Below, piece by piece: positions 25,144 to 37,155 of a DNA stretch of 64,000 bases (position 1 is its first letter; every line of letters starts with the position of its first letter). Both the position numbers and the translations under genes were made by a program. The stretch is from Octopus sinensis (taxonomy: Eukaryota): contig NC_043001.1 in assembly GCF_006345805.1 (NCBI RefSeq), positions 135,780,001-135,844,000 of the forward strand, read 5' to 3'. A model generated the notes under the pieces. That model was not told where the DNA came from. It ran no database searches and saw nothing but the letters and a program-made list of their open reading frames with translations.

Positions 25144-25329
25144 ATATATATGTGAATTTTATGCCAATATTGGCCAAAGAAGTCAACTCTGGATCCACAA
25201 AGATTAAAATTGCAAATCTGGTCATTTTCAGAGACATGAAGGACGAATGTCACATACATACCCATTGAATCCTGCCAAATCCCCTTACCTATACCAGCAT
25301 GGAACATGGACATTAAATGATCTGCGTTG

Positions 25330-25637
25330 CCTTAATGGCACTTGTGCCGGTGGCACATGAACAAAACATTCAAGCGAGGTCGTTGCCAGTGCTGCTGGCA
25401 CGTAAAAAGCACCATTTGAGCGTGGCTGTTGCCAGTACCGCCTGACTGGTCCCCGTGCTGGTGGCACATAAAAGCACCGACTACACTCTCAGAGTGGTTG
25501 GTGTTAGGAAGGGAATCCAGCTGTAGAAACTCTGCTATATCAGATTGGAGCCTGGTGCAGCCATCTGGTTTGCCAGTCCTCAGTCAAATCGTTCAACCCA
25601 TGGTAGCATGGAAAGCAGACATTAAACGATGATGATG

Positions 25638-25640
<3 letters not shown>
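25330..25640 (+). mobile_element. Family C RTE-tail repeat
   Basis: Ends aaacgatgatgatg. Confidence 0.8.
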
Positions 25641-25676
<36 letters not shown>

Positions 25677-26189
25677 AGATGTAGATATGGCTGTGTGGTA
25701 GGAAGTTTGCTCCAGGTTCAGTACTACTGCATGGCACCTTGAGCAAGTACCATATTGGGCTGACCAATGTGTTGTGAGTGGATTTGGTAGATGGAAGCTG
25801 AAAGAAGCTTGTTGTGTATGTGTGTGTGTATGTATGTATGTGTGTGTATGTATGTGTGTGTGTATGTATGTGTGTGTGTATGTATGTGTGTCTTTGTGTC
25901 TGTGTTTGTCCCACGCTATCACTTGACAACTGGTGTTATGTGTGTACATCCTCATAACTTAGCAGTTCAGTGAAAGTGATCGATGGAATAAGTACCAGGC
26001 TTTAAAAAAAAGTTATAAGTACTGGAAGTGATTCATTCAACAAAAATTCTTCGAGGTGGTACCACCAGCATAATTGCCGCTAATAACAGAAATAAGCAAA
26101 AACTAAAACATACACACTACCTAACCAATTCCACTGAACACAGAAGGCAAACATGTCACAAGTAAATAGTCTCCATATATGAAAAATAC

Positions 26190-26277
26190 CTTACAAAAAC
26201 ATATGAGTTGGTACAAGGGAGAAGTACAGGCAGACACCTCAATGTCTTTAGAACAACATCAACGTAGCTGCCTCTAT
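26190..26277 (-). CDS. Candidate 88-nt internal exon (DRGSYVDVVLKTLRCLPVLLPCTNSYVFV)
   Basis: Acceptor tctgttgatttttttttctctaag and donor AG|GTATTT (or T|GTAAGG). Only one frame is open. No recognised homology. Confidence 0.3.
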
Positions 26278-26849
26278 CTTAGAGAAAAAAAAATCAACAG
26301 AAACATAAACAGATAGAATTAAATTATTATAATTCTCACAAGCGTTTTTTCTTGTAGTTTTAGTTGTTGTTGTTGTCATTTTACTTGTATCTATTTATTG
26401 TTTTATTTATTTTTTCCGTGCCGTTCGTTGAGGAACTCACAATCATGCCATATAATTAACCCCAGGGATGAATGTATGGAGGAAATAGTCATAGGATATC
26501 GCAGAGATGATGATGATGAGGGGGATGACGATGATGATGGTGGTGTTCATGGTGGTGGTGGTGGTGGTGTTGGTGATTATGAATCTTGGCACCATTTCAC
26601 ATGTGATCTAACACACTCATACACACACGCATACACATAGACACAAAAGAATGCACACACACACACACACAAATATATATGTACACACACACACACACAC
26701 ACACACACACTATACAAACAGTAAATTAATGATTTAGTCAACAAAGAACCCATCCTGTAATTTAAAACGGTTAAATCACTTCTCACACTCAGCTGCCGAA
26801 TTCTATTATTTTTTTTTATTTATTTATCTATTTGCATAGAAACACCTAA

Positions 26850-27155
26850 TTTACAGCACACACACACACACACGCATGCACACACACACACACACACACA
26901 CGTATGCACACACACACACACATGCACACACACACACGCACACACACACACACACACATGCACACACACACGCATGCACACACACACACACATGCACACA
27001 CACGCATGCACACACACACACATGCACACACACACATGCGCACACACACACACGCATGCACACACACACACACGCATGCACACACACACACACGCACACA
27101 CACACACACACATGCATACACACACACGCATGCACACACACATACACACACACGC
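26850..27155. repeat. (CA)n microsatellite punctuated by CGCATG/CATG
   Basis: Seen directly in the sequence. Confidence 0.95.
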
Positions 27156-27589
27156 TGCCATCTCATTTTCTCTGTTTGCATGTGGTAGACGGATTAGCGT
27201 GGCATCATCCAGTAGAGACTGCTAAATACCCCACCACCACACACACACAGACATATATATATATTTTATAAAATATCTGAGGAGTAATTTAGAACATCTA
27301 ACAGGTGTGGTAAAGGTTCACATACCAGAACTTGTTTAACTGGAGCAAACACAGTTGATATTACATCACACATCAGCTTTCTTGAAGTCTATTGCTCTTT
27401 TCGACTGATGTACATATTTGAATACACCCACACCCACATATATTTCTGTGTGTGTGTGTTTCACTCAGGCTCAGACAGGGTCTCAGTGACCTTCAACAAG
27501 ATCATAGTACTCTCAAATGATGTCTTCATTTGGGCTCTTTCCTGTTCATGGAGCAGATCAGATCAAAAAGATAATGGGGTGATGATAAA

Positions 27590-27800
27590 TGGCCCCTATG
27601 CCAGTGGCACGTAAAAGCACCCACTACACTCTTGGAGTGGTTAGCATTAGGAAGGGCATCCAGCTGTAGAAACTCTGCCAGATCAAGACTGGAGCCTGGG
27701 TGCAGCCATCTGGTTCGCCAGCCCACAGTCAAACCGTCCAACCCATGCTAGTATGGAAAGTGGATGTTAAACGACGACGATGATGATAATGATGATGAAG
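27590..27800 (+). mobile_element. Family C RTE-tail repeat
   Basis: ggaagggcatccagctgtagaaac...aaacgacgacgatgatg. Confidence 0.8.
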
Positions 27801-28139
27801 AAGAAGTGTAGTACCCTTGACTTTTTACAGAATTTCTGAAATTGGTGGGGGGAAGAGATGGAAGTTATTCTTAGACCATGCACTCGGACCAAATTCTGGA
27901 AACAGAGAACCAAGAATCATGTACTGATGCCAAACTGGACAATGCCTTTTATATCAGGTTAGTAGTGGAAGCAAACCACACCAAAGCCATCCATTGCAAT
28001 CAAGTATTATCTGGTAGCATGTTAGCATGTATTATACTTTCAATAATTGCTTTAGGAACCTACATAGTTGCTGGCGGACACAGACATCTGCTCATCCAGC
28101 TTGAGTCAGCAGATCATTTGAGGCTGTGACAAATGGAGG

Positions 28140-29107
28140 AACAGAGGGTTGCACCAGCACTCAGACCAGGACATCGAAAATTTGGTAAAATCATGTAGAG
28201 GTTCTGCGCTAGCAGCCAAGGCACCACCAGAGAAATATCAGTTGCGGCCTGAGATGGATAGACTGTGGTCCAGGGTACATAGAGACCACATTGGACCAGT
28301 GAATGGCATGTACTACTTGATCACTGTTGATAGCATTACCAAGTGGTCAAAAGTATGTAGATGCAGTCAACCTACCTCGAAGGCAACAAGAAAGTTCCTG
28401 CACAAACTTTTTGCTAAATACAGTGTTCCTGAGATCATATTATCGGACAATGGAACACAGTTTACAGGATACGAGTTCAAGAAATTCTGCAAAATGCATG
28501 CAATCAAGCACATGTTTACCCTGCTCAACCACCCAAGGTCAAATGGGCAAGCAAGATGATCCGTAGATACTTTGAAGCAAGCACTAAAAAAAGCAAGGAA
28601 CAAGTTAGGAAATGATGAAGTGCTAACTAAATTCTTATGGGTAATGCTTAAAGGTACAAAGTAATGCCCAATCTGAATACCAGTTCAGGTGAGTCACCTG
28701 CAGAGTTAATGTTCACTTGAAAGATTAAATCGATCTTTGACAAATTGTTGCTGAAGGAAAAAACGTATAGAGAAAATACAAAATATTCAACTAAACATTT
28801 TGATGTCAGAGACAAAGTCCATTTCAAAATATACAATGATGGTAAAGCGAGTTGGCTGGATGGTGTAGTGACTAAAAGAATTGGAAACATGATATATTTA
28901 ATAAAAGGCCAATGATGGCAGCATAAATGACACCTAAATCAATTAAAAATCAGACATACAGAAGAAAGGAAGGAAATTCCAATGGGAGTGTTTTACAACA
29001 TGTTTGATGTGCCAGCACCAAAAGAGACCAAGCCTAGAAGGAGCAGTAACAGGAAACATAAACAGACTGAACATTTACAAATAATTCCTAAACAGAAAAG
29101 GTACTGA
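28140..29107 (+). pseudogene. Ty3/Gypsy LTR-retrotransposon integrase remnant
   Basis: DIENLVKSC..., WSRVHRDHIGP, YYLITVDSITKW, PEIILSDNGTQF, HPRSNGQA, SPAELMF, HLNQLKIR. Several frameshifts and stops; terminal TGA at 29105-29107. Confidence 0.92.
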
Positions 29108-29130
29108 GCTCCCTAAGGAAGCAAAATTTT

Positions 29131-29468
29131 AAAAAGGGAGAGGTGTTGGAAAGAAATAAAAACAAAATTTTTGTTTTCTATGAAAGTTGAAATTTCAAAA
29201 GGTGATATGTTGTAGTGAGAGTCATGACACTCCCTGCGAGAATAGATTTGACTGAACAACTATAAATAGTAGTGGTCTGAGTGAGAGACAGAGGGTAGGC
29301 GTTAATCGCAGGAAATTGTAAGGTGTTGCTTTGGTAGTTTGTTAGAATACCATTTGTTGATCCTTGTATAGTTTGTAGAGAGTTAGTTGGATTGTTACAT
29401 TGTTGTTACCCTGCTTCAGTATATATTTAATTGTTACTACATGGTTATAGTGTAAACAAGTATCATCA
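29131..29468 (+). mobile_element. Polypurine tract plus probable 3' LTR of the Gypsy remnant
   Basis: AAAAAGGGAGAGG (29131-29143) is immediately followed by TG. There is a TATAAATA inside and possible CA ends at 29458 or 29468. No 5' LTR is present to confirm it. Confidence 0.5.
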
Positions 29469-29762
29469 TAAATAGTGGCAATACTGCAATAATTGGAGAT
29501 GAGTAACTATGTTACAATAGAGTGTGGCCCTATCAAAGAATCAGAAAAGATAAGTAGCTAAGATATTGCACCATCTTTCCATGGAACCCCTTGTTAAAAT
29601 TTGCTGCAGCTGTGTTGTGGTTCTGGACAGTTCTCTTTCATCCACATAGCTCTTAGTTTGCCCAACTTTTGGGGGTACATCTAGGAAAATATTGTTTCAG
29701 TATTAGCAAAGAAGTTAGGGTTAAGAGTTTGAGGATATTTGTGAAGACAATATCATCAGCTC

Positions 29763-29814
<52 letters not shown>

Positions 29815-30368
29815 TGTGCGCGTGCGTGTGTGTGTGTGTGTGTATATTATATATATATATATATATATATATGTAGTAATTTTAGCATCCACTTTTCCAT
29901 TTCTGGACAGAACAAATGGAATTTGTTCCAGAGACAGATTATTTATAGCCAGATATCCTTCCTGTTGCCAACCATTGCCTATTTCCAAGCAAAACTTGCC
30001 CCATGGCTGGAGAAGTTTTTGCAGAAGTTTGAAAACAGAGGATTCCAAATGTGTGATAGTCATACTTGTTTCCAACTATCATGCAATATCAACACAAGGA
30101 GTACTTGTATATACATGCACGTGTGAGTGAGTGCACATGTGTGTGTGAATATATATGTGTGTGTAAAAAGATTTGGTGTGGGTACTGGTGCCACATAAAA
30201 AGCACTGGTGATGGTGACACAGTAAAAGCATCCAGTACACTCTGTAAAGTGGTTGGCATTAGGAAGGCCATCAAGCTGTAGAAACCAAGCCAGAACACTA
30301 TGGAAGCTGGTGCAGCCCCTGGCATTGCTAGTTCTTCTCAAGTTGTGCAAAGCATGCCAGCATGGAAA

Positions 30369-30645
30369 TCATCATTTCATTTAGCGTCCGCTTTCCATGC
30401 TAGCATGGGTTGGACGGTTCAACTGGGGTCTGGGAAGCCTGAAGGCTGCACCAGGCCCAGTCTGATCTGGCAGTGTTTCTACGGCTGGATGCCCTTCCTA
30501 ACGCCAACCACTCCGTGAGTGTAGCGGGTGCTTTTTACGTGCCACCCGCACAGGTGCCAGACGGGGCTGGCAAACGGCCACGGACGGATGGTGCTTTTTA
30601 CGTGCCACCAGCACGGAGGCCAGTCGGGGCGGCGCTGGCAACAGA
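30369..30645 (-). mobile_element. Family C RTE-tail repeat
   Basis: Matches the other copies. Confidence 0.85.
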
Positions 30646-31013
30646 CAATGGGTGTTAAATGTTGATGAAAATGATGTTATATATTTACACACAAACACAC
30701 ACACACAAGCTTCTTCTAGTTTGTGCCTATTAAATTCATTCACAAATTTTGGTCAAGCCAAGACCATAGATAGCAGAAGACTTTTGCCCAAGATGCCAAG
30801 CATCGGGACAGAACCTGCAACCACAATGTTGTGAAGTGAAATCCTGAACCATACAGCCATGTTGGCATCTATCTCTATCTCAGAGAAAAATAGGAGTTTG
30901 GCTGCAGAAAACTCTTGAAAGAAAACACCAAGTGATACCAAACTATCTTAAGCATGTCTATGAAACATCATTCATTTCACCAGGATCCTCACAATGAGTA
31001 CATGTGTGTGTGT

Positions 31014-31060
<47 letters not shown>

Positions 31061-31144
31061 ACTCACTATCTCTATACTATTTCTTCACCATAATAATCCT
31101 AAACAGTCATTTAAACAGATGGCAGTTAGTTTGTTGAAGTTTAC

Positions 31145-31213
31145 CTGTTGCAGACTGCATAATACACAACTGATCTCTGCCCTAACTATATTTATAACAA
31201 TAACAACAGTTTT
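31145..31213 (-). CDS. Candidate 69-nt phase 0-0 exon (KTVVIVINIVRAEISCVLCSLQQ)
   Basis: Acceptor cttttatttctctcatcaatag and donor CAG|GTAAAC, with an open frame. No recognised homology. Confidence 0.2.
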
Positions 31214-31699
31214 CTATTGATGAGAGAAATAAAAGCTGCTAGGGGAGGATCTGAAGTGCAAAGCTGATATGAAAAAAAAAAATGAGGTCATTGTTTTCTT
31301 TAGTATGTGTATGTGTGGGTGGGATGACGAAGAATTTGGCTAACTTAATTGGAAAGTGTCCAAATCAACTAGAACACTCAATGAAATTGGCAGTTGATGT
31401 CTAAAAATTAATATAGGTTATGAATAAAATAATAATTTCAAAGATAGGTCCAAGTGGCAGGCATGGCTGGGTAGTTTAGAAGTTCACTTTGCAACCAGGC
31501 AGTTTCAGGTTTGGTTCCACTGTATGGCATCTTGGATAACTGTCTTCTACTGCAGCCTCAGGTTGACTAATGCTTAAGGCAGTAAACTGGAATAGTTGAT
31601 AGAGTATTTCTAACTTTCCATGTTCTGAGTTCAAATCCCAACAAGGTCAACTTTGTCTTCTATTTTTGGTGTGTGTGTGTAGGGTGGGTGGGTTTACAA

Positions 31700-32030
31700 A
31701 AAAATACCACTCTAGGGTTGAGGATTAGTGAAACTTGAACAACACTGGGTGAGATGGTTTGCAAATATGCAACTCTGGCCCCTTGTGTTCTGACAGCAAT
31801 GTTTACTACAAAACTGGGGTTCAAATGTATTGGCCTTGAAGTGGAAACCATTTCCCTAAATAATGTCAGTGCTATTGAGTGGGAAGGTCTGTATGCTTGG
31901 GCAACTGTTACTCTTCTACAGAAAAACCTTACTCGGGCCTTCACATATAGATAAACATTCAATTCTCACTGATGAAGGCCTCTTGATAAATACCTTGTGA
32001 GTGAAACAGGTAATGAGAAACAGTACAAAA
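31700..32030 (+). mobile_element. Decayed Penelope-like 3' end (possible GIY-YIG remnant plus pLTR with HHR core)
   Basis: ISET*TTLGEMVCKY weakly resembles the GIY-YIG motif IGETxRxLGER. HHR core words lie at 31969 and 32003. Confidence 0.4.
31963..32019 (+). ncRNA. Decayed minimal hammerhead ribozyme
   Basis: UUCUCA CUGAUGA ... GAAACAGGUA A UGAGAA. Stem I is a perfect 6 bp, stem III is near-palindromic, and stem II is poorly paired. Confidence 0.5.
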
Positions 32031-32796
32031 GCCTACTGTGTGTGTGAGTGTATTTGCATGGGTTTATGTGTACATGTATGTGTGTCTAGATATCAGTCTT
32101 TATGTTGACACTATTGAAAATTGCTGTATTTCTTTAAGGCCAGGGACTTGTTTATACTCCATAACCTAGCAGTTCAACAAACAGAGAAGAATAAGTACCA
32201 GACTTTAAAATGGAAAAAGTACTAGGGTTGATATGACTGACTAATACTCTTGAAATGGTTGCAATCTGATGACTGAAACAAGTAAAAGCATTAAGTCAGA
32301 AATTGTTTTAAGGGCCGTAACTTACACCTTAAATTGAGTCCACTCTTGACTTGTATTTTATGTTATAAGATACAACTGTTAGTCCAATGTTATTGTTTGA
32401 TATCTATCTTCCAGGTTGGCATGGTTTGGATGGTTTGAGAGGAACTAATAAGCCAGAGAATTGTGCTGAGCTCTAATTACCATTCTGTGTTTTAAGTTGT
32501 AGTAAGAAGAGGAAGGAACAATGGGACGATGCCAATGACCCTTTTTTTGGAGCTTCTAAGAATAATGGTAGGAAAAGAAGAAGAAAGGTTCTCTTAAGCC
32601 AGACACCTGGCCTGAAATGCATGCAGCAGAGTAAACTCTGATAAAGAAACCCGAAAACCAGGCAGGTGGTGATGTTAAACCAAATAAGGGAACAAGAATA
32701 GGAACAGGCTCTTTAACAGCTTCCTTACAGTTTCTGACTATCGAGTTTTACTCACAAGGTTTTGATTGATTTAAAGCTAGATTGGTATTTTATTGT

Positions 32797-33145
32797 GAAG
32801 GCATATGGCTCAGTGGTTAGAATGTCGGTCTCACAATCATTAGATTGTTGAGATCACATACAGCCCGAACTGGGCTGGATGCTGTGTTGTTGAGCAAGAC
32901 ACTTTATTTCATGTTGCTCCAGTTCTCTCAGCTGTAGAAATGAGTTGTGACATCACTGGTGCCGAGCTGTATCAGCCTCCACCTTTCCCTTGGACGACAT
33001 TGGTGTCAAGGAGAGGGGAGGCTGGTATGCATGAGTGACTGCTGGTCTTCCAAAAACTACCTTGCCTGGACTTGTGTCTTGGAAGGTAACATTCTAGGTG
33101 CAATCCCATGGTTATGCATGACTGAAGGGGGTCTTTACCCTTTAC
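32797..33145 (+). mobile_element. CORE-type tRNA SINE family F
   Basis: tggctcagtggttaga head and ttgagcaagacactttatttc CORE-like segment. A second copy lies at 44196-44535. Confidence 0.75.
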
Positions 33146-33663
33146 TTAATTGGCCACAGAAGGACGAAATATAAATACAACCTTGGTGAGATTTAAAAAG
33201 AAGATACAAAGAGCCACAAGTAATTTTCCTGAGTGCTCTATTGTTTCTGCTAGTCATGAGCTTTCAGTATGGGAAAATTTAATAAAAAAGATAATTATTC
33301 TGGAGAGAAAAGGGTCTGGATCAGCAGATCATCAGGTTAAATGCTATGTACAGTGTTTTGCACTTGTGATTGTAAGTTAGTGCTTTTGTTCCTAGAGTGG
33401 GATGAGGTAGACTATGGAAAACATGGGACAAGGTGATGGAGCATGATCTACAGATGTTGAATCCTATGGAGGTGATGACAAATGATGAAGACTTTTGGTG
33501 ATTCACTGTGCTTCAGAACACAAGTCAAATGAAGTGAAATTGTAGTCACAGCCAGTGCTGGTAACATGTAAAAGGCACTCACTATATTCTTTGGGTGGTT
33601 GGCATTAGGAAGGGCATCCAGCCATAGAAACCAAGCCAAAATCAGACGGGAACCTGGTGCAGA

Positions 33664-33945
33664 TCTCTGAGGGTGAGCTGATTCGCGATGTCCTCCTCCC
33701 ACCTCCACTTCCCAGCTGGCGCAAACGCACAGGTGGGCAGCTGAAGACCTGGGCAACAATGATAAAGGAGGACCTCTCCGAACTCTCAGGTCCGCAGGTC
33801 TGCAGTCTGCGCAGATGGAACCACGAATGGCACACTATCTCCAGTGACCTCACACAGGACCGTTGAGCATGGGCTGCCATGGTTTGTGATGCCATTAGGA
33901 ACAGAGAAGAAGCCAGGGTGAACTCCGTCACAAGTACAAGTAGTA
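33664..33945 (+). mobile_element. RTE LINE 3' end nested inside a family C element
   Basis: WRKRTGGQLKTWATMIKEDL...DLTQDR*AWAAMV, with a (CAAGTA)n tail. Family C sequence lies on both sides. Confidence 0.8.
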
Positions 33946-34142
33946 GCAGCTCTCTGGCTTACCAGTTCCAGTCAAACAGTCTGATCCATGCCAGCATAGA
34001 AAACAGATGCTAAATGATAATGATAATGATGATAGTGAGTGGTACATTGTGTTCAAGTATGTGCCAAAACTGCTTTCATCTGACCAAAAAGACACTCAGG
34101 GTTTTAGTTGCACAAAATCTCCTTGAATGTGTTGTGAATCTC

Positions 34143-36706
34143 CTTGAGCAAAACACTTCATTTCATGTTGTGTTCCAATCCACTCAGAGATAAATGAGTA
34201 ACCCTGCGACAGACTGGCATCTAGTTCTATGGAAAAGTGGTAATCTCAGTCACTTATATGCCATGGAGACTGGTTAACAGGCTCTATGAGTTCCAGGACT
34301 TGAGATAGTAATATTCAAATAAATAAAGTGGAGGTACAACTGACAGAAATTTTAGAGAGTACAAGCTATCATGGTAATAATGAAACTTAGCAGCAAAGAA
34401 AAGGTTTTGAAAATGCTATCACAAGTTCAAATCTCACTGAGTCCAAGTTCTAATCTCTCTGAGGTCAATAGTGTCTCATACCTCCAGAGTTAGTAAAACA
34501 AGTATCAGACATGAACTAATAGAAGGTCTGATCAATAAGTATTTGGATTGTTGCCATAGTAACGACGCTAAAGCATGCGGAGTGAAGCCACTTGACCCAA
34601 ATTGACCTTTAACTCTGCTGTGCATGTGCACTAAGTTTTAATGTTCTAGCTCACTTCCGCTGTTTAATAGCAATTCTTCCAAGTAACATGTATAACATGT
34701 GATCATTGCATTGACCATGACAGAGAAAGTTGTCATGGTGATACCTGCTCAGAGGCCTATGCAAAGTTGCAGAAAGTGTATGGAGAGGAGTGTATGAGCC
34801 ACGCACAAATGAGTGGTTCAGATGTTTCCAAGATGGTTGAAAAAATGTTGATAGTGCTGAAAGTTCTGGGAGACCTGCAACAAGCAGAACTAGGAAAAAC
34901 AATACAGATGTCTTGCAGCTGTAAGGGGAAATGATTGACTCACCATCTGTGAGTTATCAGAGGATGTGCCGATTAGTTATGGTTCAGTTCAGTCCATCAT
35001 CACTCAAGATTTGGGTATGAGATGCGTGTCTGCCAAGTTTGTACCAAAACTGCTTTCAGTTGACCAAAAAGACACTCGGGGTTTTAGTTGCACAAAATCT
35101 CCTTGAATGTGTTGTGAATGGTGAAAAGTTTTTGAAAACTTTGCATAGGCCTCTGAGCAGGTATCCCCAAGCTTTTGGCAAGATTTAATGCAGATTTCCT
35201 GCTCAACTTTCTCTGTCATAGTCAATGCAATGAACACATGCTACACACATTACTTCCAAGCACTGCTGTAAACAGTGGAATTCAAGGTCAATCTGTTCCA
35301 AGCAATTCACTCTGCGTGCTTTAGCTTTGTTACTATGGCAACAGTATGGAAACTTATTGATCACACCACATATAGATATTTCATACATGTTTCTCGCCTG
35401 CTAATATGTGGCCTGGTACCGTTATGTAAAAATCAATGTGTTGTTCAAGCAATAGATAAATATATATAAAATCAATTTGTAGATCATTTGTGAAATGATA
35501 AATTAATAGTAAGTAGCTCAGTTTTATTGCCTTCTTTCTTTCCAGAATAATTGGTAATTGTGAATGACGGAAGCAGATGAGGTGACGAACACAAAAGTAA
35601 ATATTCTTGCCAGAAATACAATAGGACATCTAGAGTAAATCTGAACTTATGAATCATCAGTTTAAAGTCCAATACATTACATGCTGAGACAGTTCATGCC
35701 TGAAGATAGCAAAATAGACATACTCATAATTCATAATGGTGTAGTTATTATTATTACTCTAGTATAATTTTTACCTTTTACTTGTTTCTGTCATTAAACT
35801 GTGGCCATGCTGGAGCACCACCTTCAAGAATTTTAGTTGAATGAATTGACCCCAGTACTTTTTTTTAAAGCCTGGTACTTATTCTATCAGTCTCTTTCAC
35901 TGAACCACTAAGTTACAGGGACATAATCAAACCAACACCAGTTGTCAAGCAATGGTGGGAGAACAAACACAGACACAAAGACACACATACATAAATGTAT
36001 ATATGATGGGCTTCTTTCAGTTTCTATCAACCAAATCCATTTACAAAGCTTTGGTGGACCCAAGGCTATAGCAGAAGACATCTGCCCAAGGTGCCACGCA
36101 GTGGGACTGAACCTGGATGAAACAAGTTTCTTAGCACACAGTCATGCCTGTTTAATCAGTCTATTCAAAATACAATTGAAGGTGCAATAACTTAGATTCA
36201 TCATCACCGTTCAATAATCTGTCTTCCATGCTGTCATGGGTTGAACAGTTTGAGAGGAACTGATAAGCCAGAGGGTTATGCTGAGCTCCAGTGTTGTTGC
36301 AACTCATTTCTACAGCTGATCGGCCTTGTATTAGTTCATGTCTGATACTTGTTTTACTAACTCTGGAGGTATGAGACACTATTGACCTCAGAGAGATTTG
36401 AACTTGGACTCAGTGAGATTTGAACTTGTGATAGCATTTTCAAAACCTTTCTTTGCTGCTAAGTTTCATTATTACCATGATAGCTTGTACACTCTAAAAT
36501 TTTTTTCAGTTGTACCTCTACTTTATTTATTTGGACATTATTATCTCAAGTCCTGGAACTCGTAGAGCCTGTTAACCAGTTTTCATGGCATATAAGTGAC
36601 CGAGATTACCACTTTCCCCTAGAACTAGAAGCCAGTCTGTCGCAGGGTTACTCATATATCTCTGAGCGAACTGGAAGCAAAGTGAAATAAAGTGTCTTGC
36701 TCAAGA
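34143..36706. repeat. ~390-bp inverted duplication (34143-34534 and 36317-36706)
   Basis: The arms align at roughly 90% identity and are made of old SINE fragments plus the first ~12 bp of the mariner TIR. Confidence 0.9.
34522..35370 (+). mobile_element. Defective mariner element with long inverted ends
   Basis: ~90-bp TIRs (tgatcaataagt...ttgccatagtaac) flanked by TA. Transposase remnant EAYAKLQKVYGEE...SGRP...IITQDLGMRCVSAKFVPKLLS...QNLLECVVNGEKFLKT. Confidence 0.9.
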
Positions 36707-37039
36707 ACACAACACACAGCCTAGTCCAGGAATCGAACTCACTATCTCATGCCTTTGTGCCCAACACTCTAACCTCTGAGCCAACTATACAGAGTAATGT
36801 GATTGCCAAAAGATTGAAGTGATCAAAATTAAAACCTTCTATCAAAATTTCATGTTAATTTATGTTTCATACAGGGTTTTGATAATGGTAAAGTTTTTTT
36901 TACTTAATTCTTCATTATCTCCAAAATTAACTGAAACAAAGATAGCATACAAACAATTGCAGTGTGGAAGGTGTTTATAAGCCATTTAAGAAACACACAA
37001 AAACCGTTAGATTCACTTCAACATTTAAATTTAATTTAA

Positions 37040-37088
37040 TTTGTCAAAATATTTTTGTCGCTTTGAGACCGCGACCTGTTCACTGACA
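37040..37088 (-). ncRNA. Second copy of the G3-C8 hammerhead variant (G12A)
   Basis: UGUCA GUGAACA G GUCGC...GCGAC AAAA AUAUU U UGACA. Stem II is perfect, but GAAA is mutated to AAAA at a CpG site. Confidence 0.55.
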
Positions 37089-37103
37089 CAATGCAGCACA
37101 AAG

Positions 37104-37155
37104 TTTTGTCAGTGAACAGGTCGCGGTCTCAAAGTGATGAAAATATTTTGACAAA
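37104..37155 (+). ncRNA. Minimal hammerhead ribozyme variant with G3-C8 core
   Basis: UUUGUCA GUGAACA G GUCGC ggucucaaa GUGAU GAAA AUAUU U UGACAAA: 7-bp stem I, 5-bp stem II, palindromic AAUAUU stem III. Confidence 0.65.
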
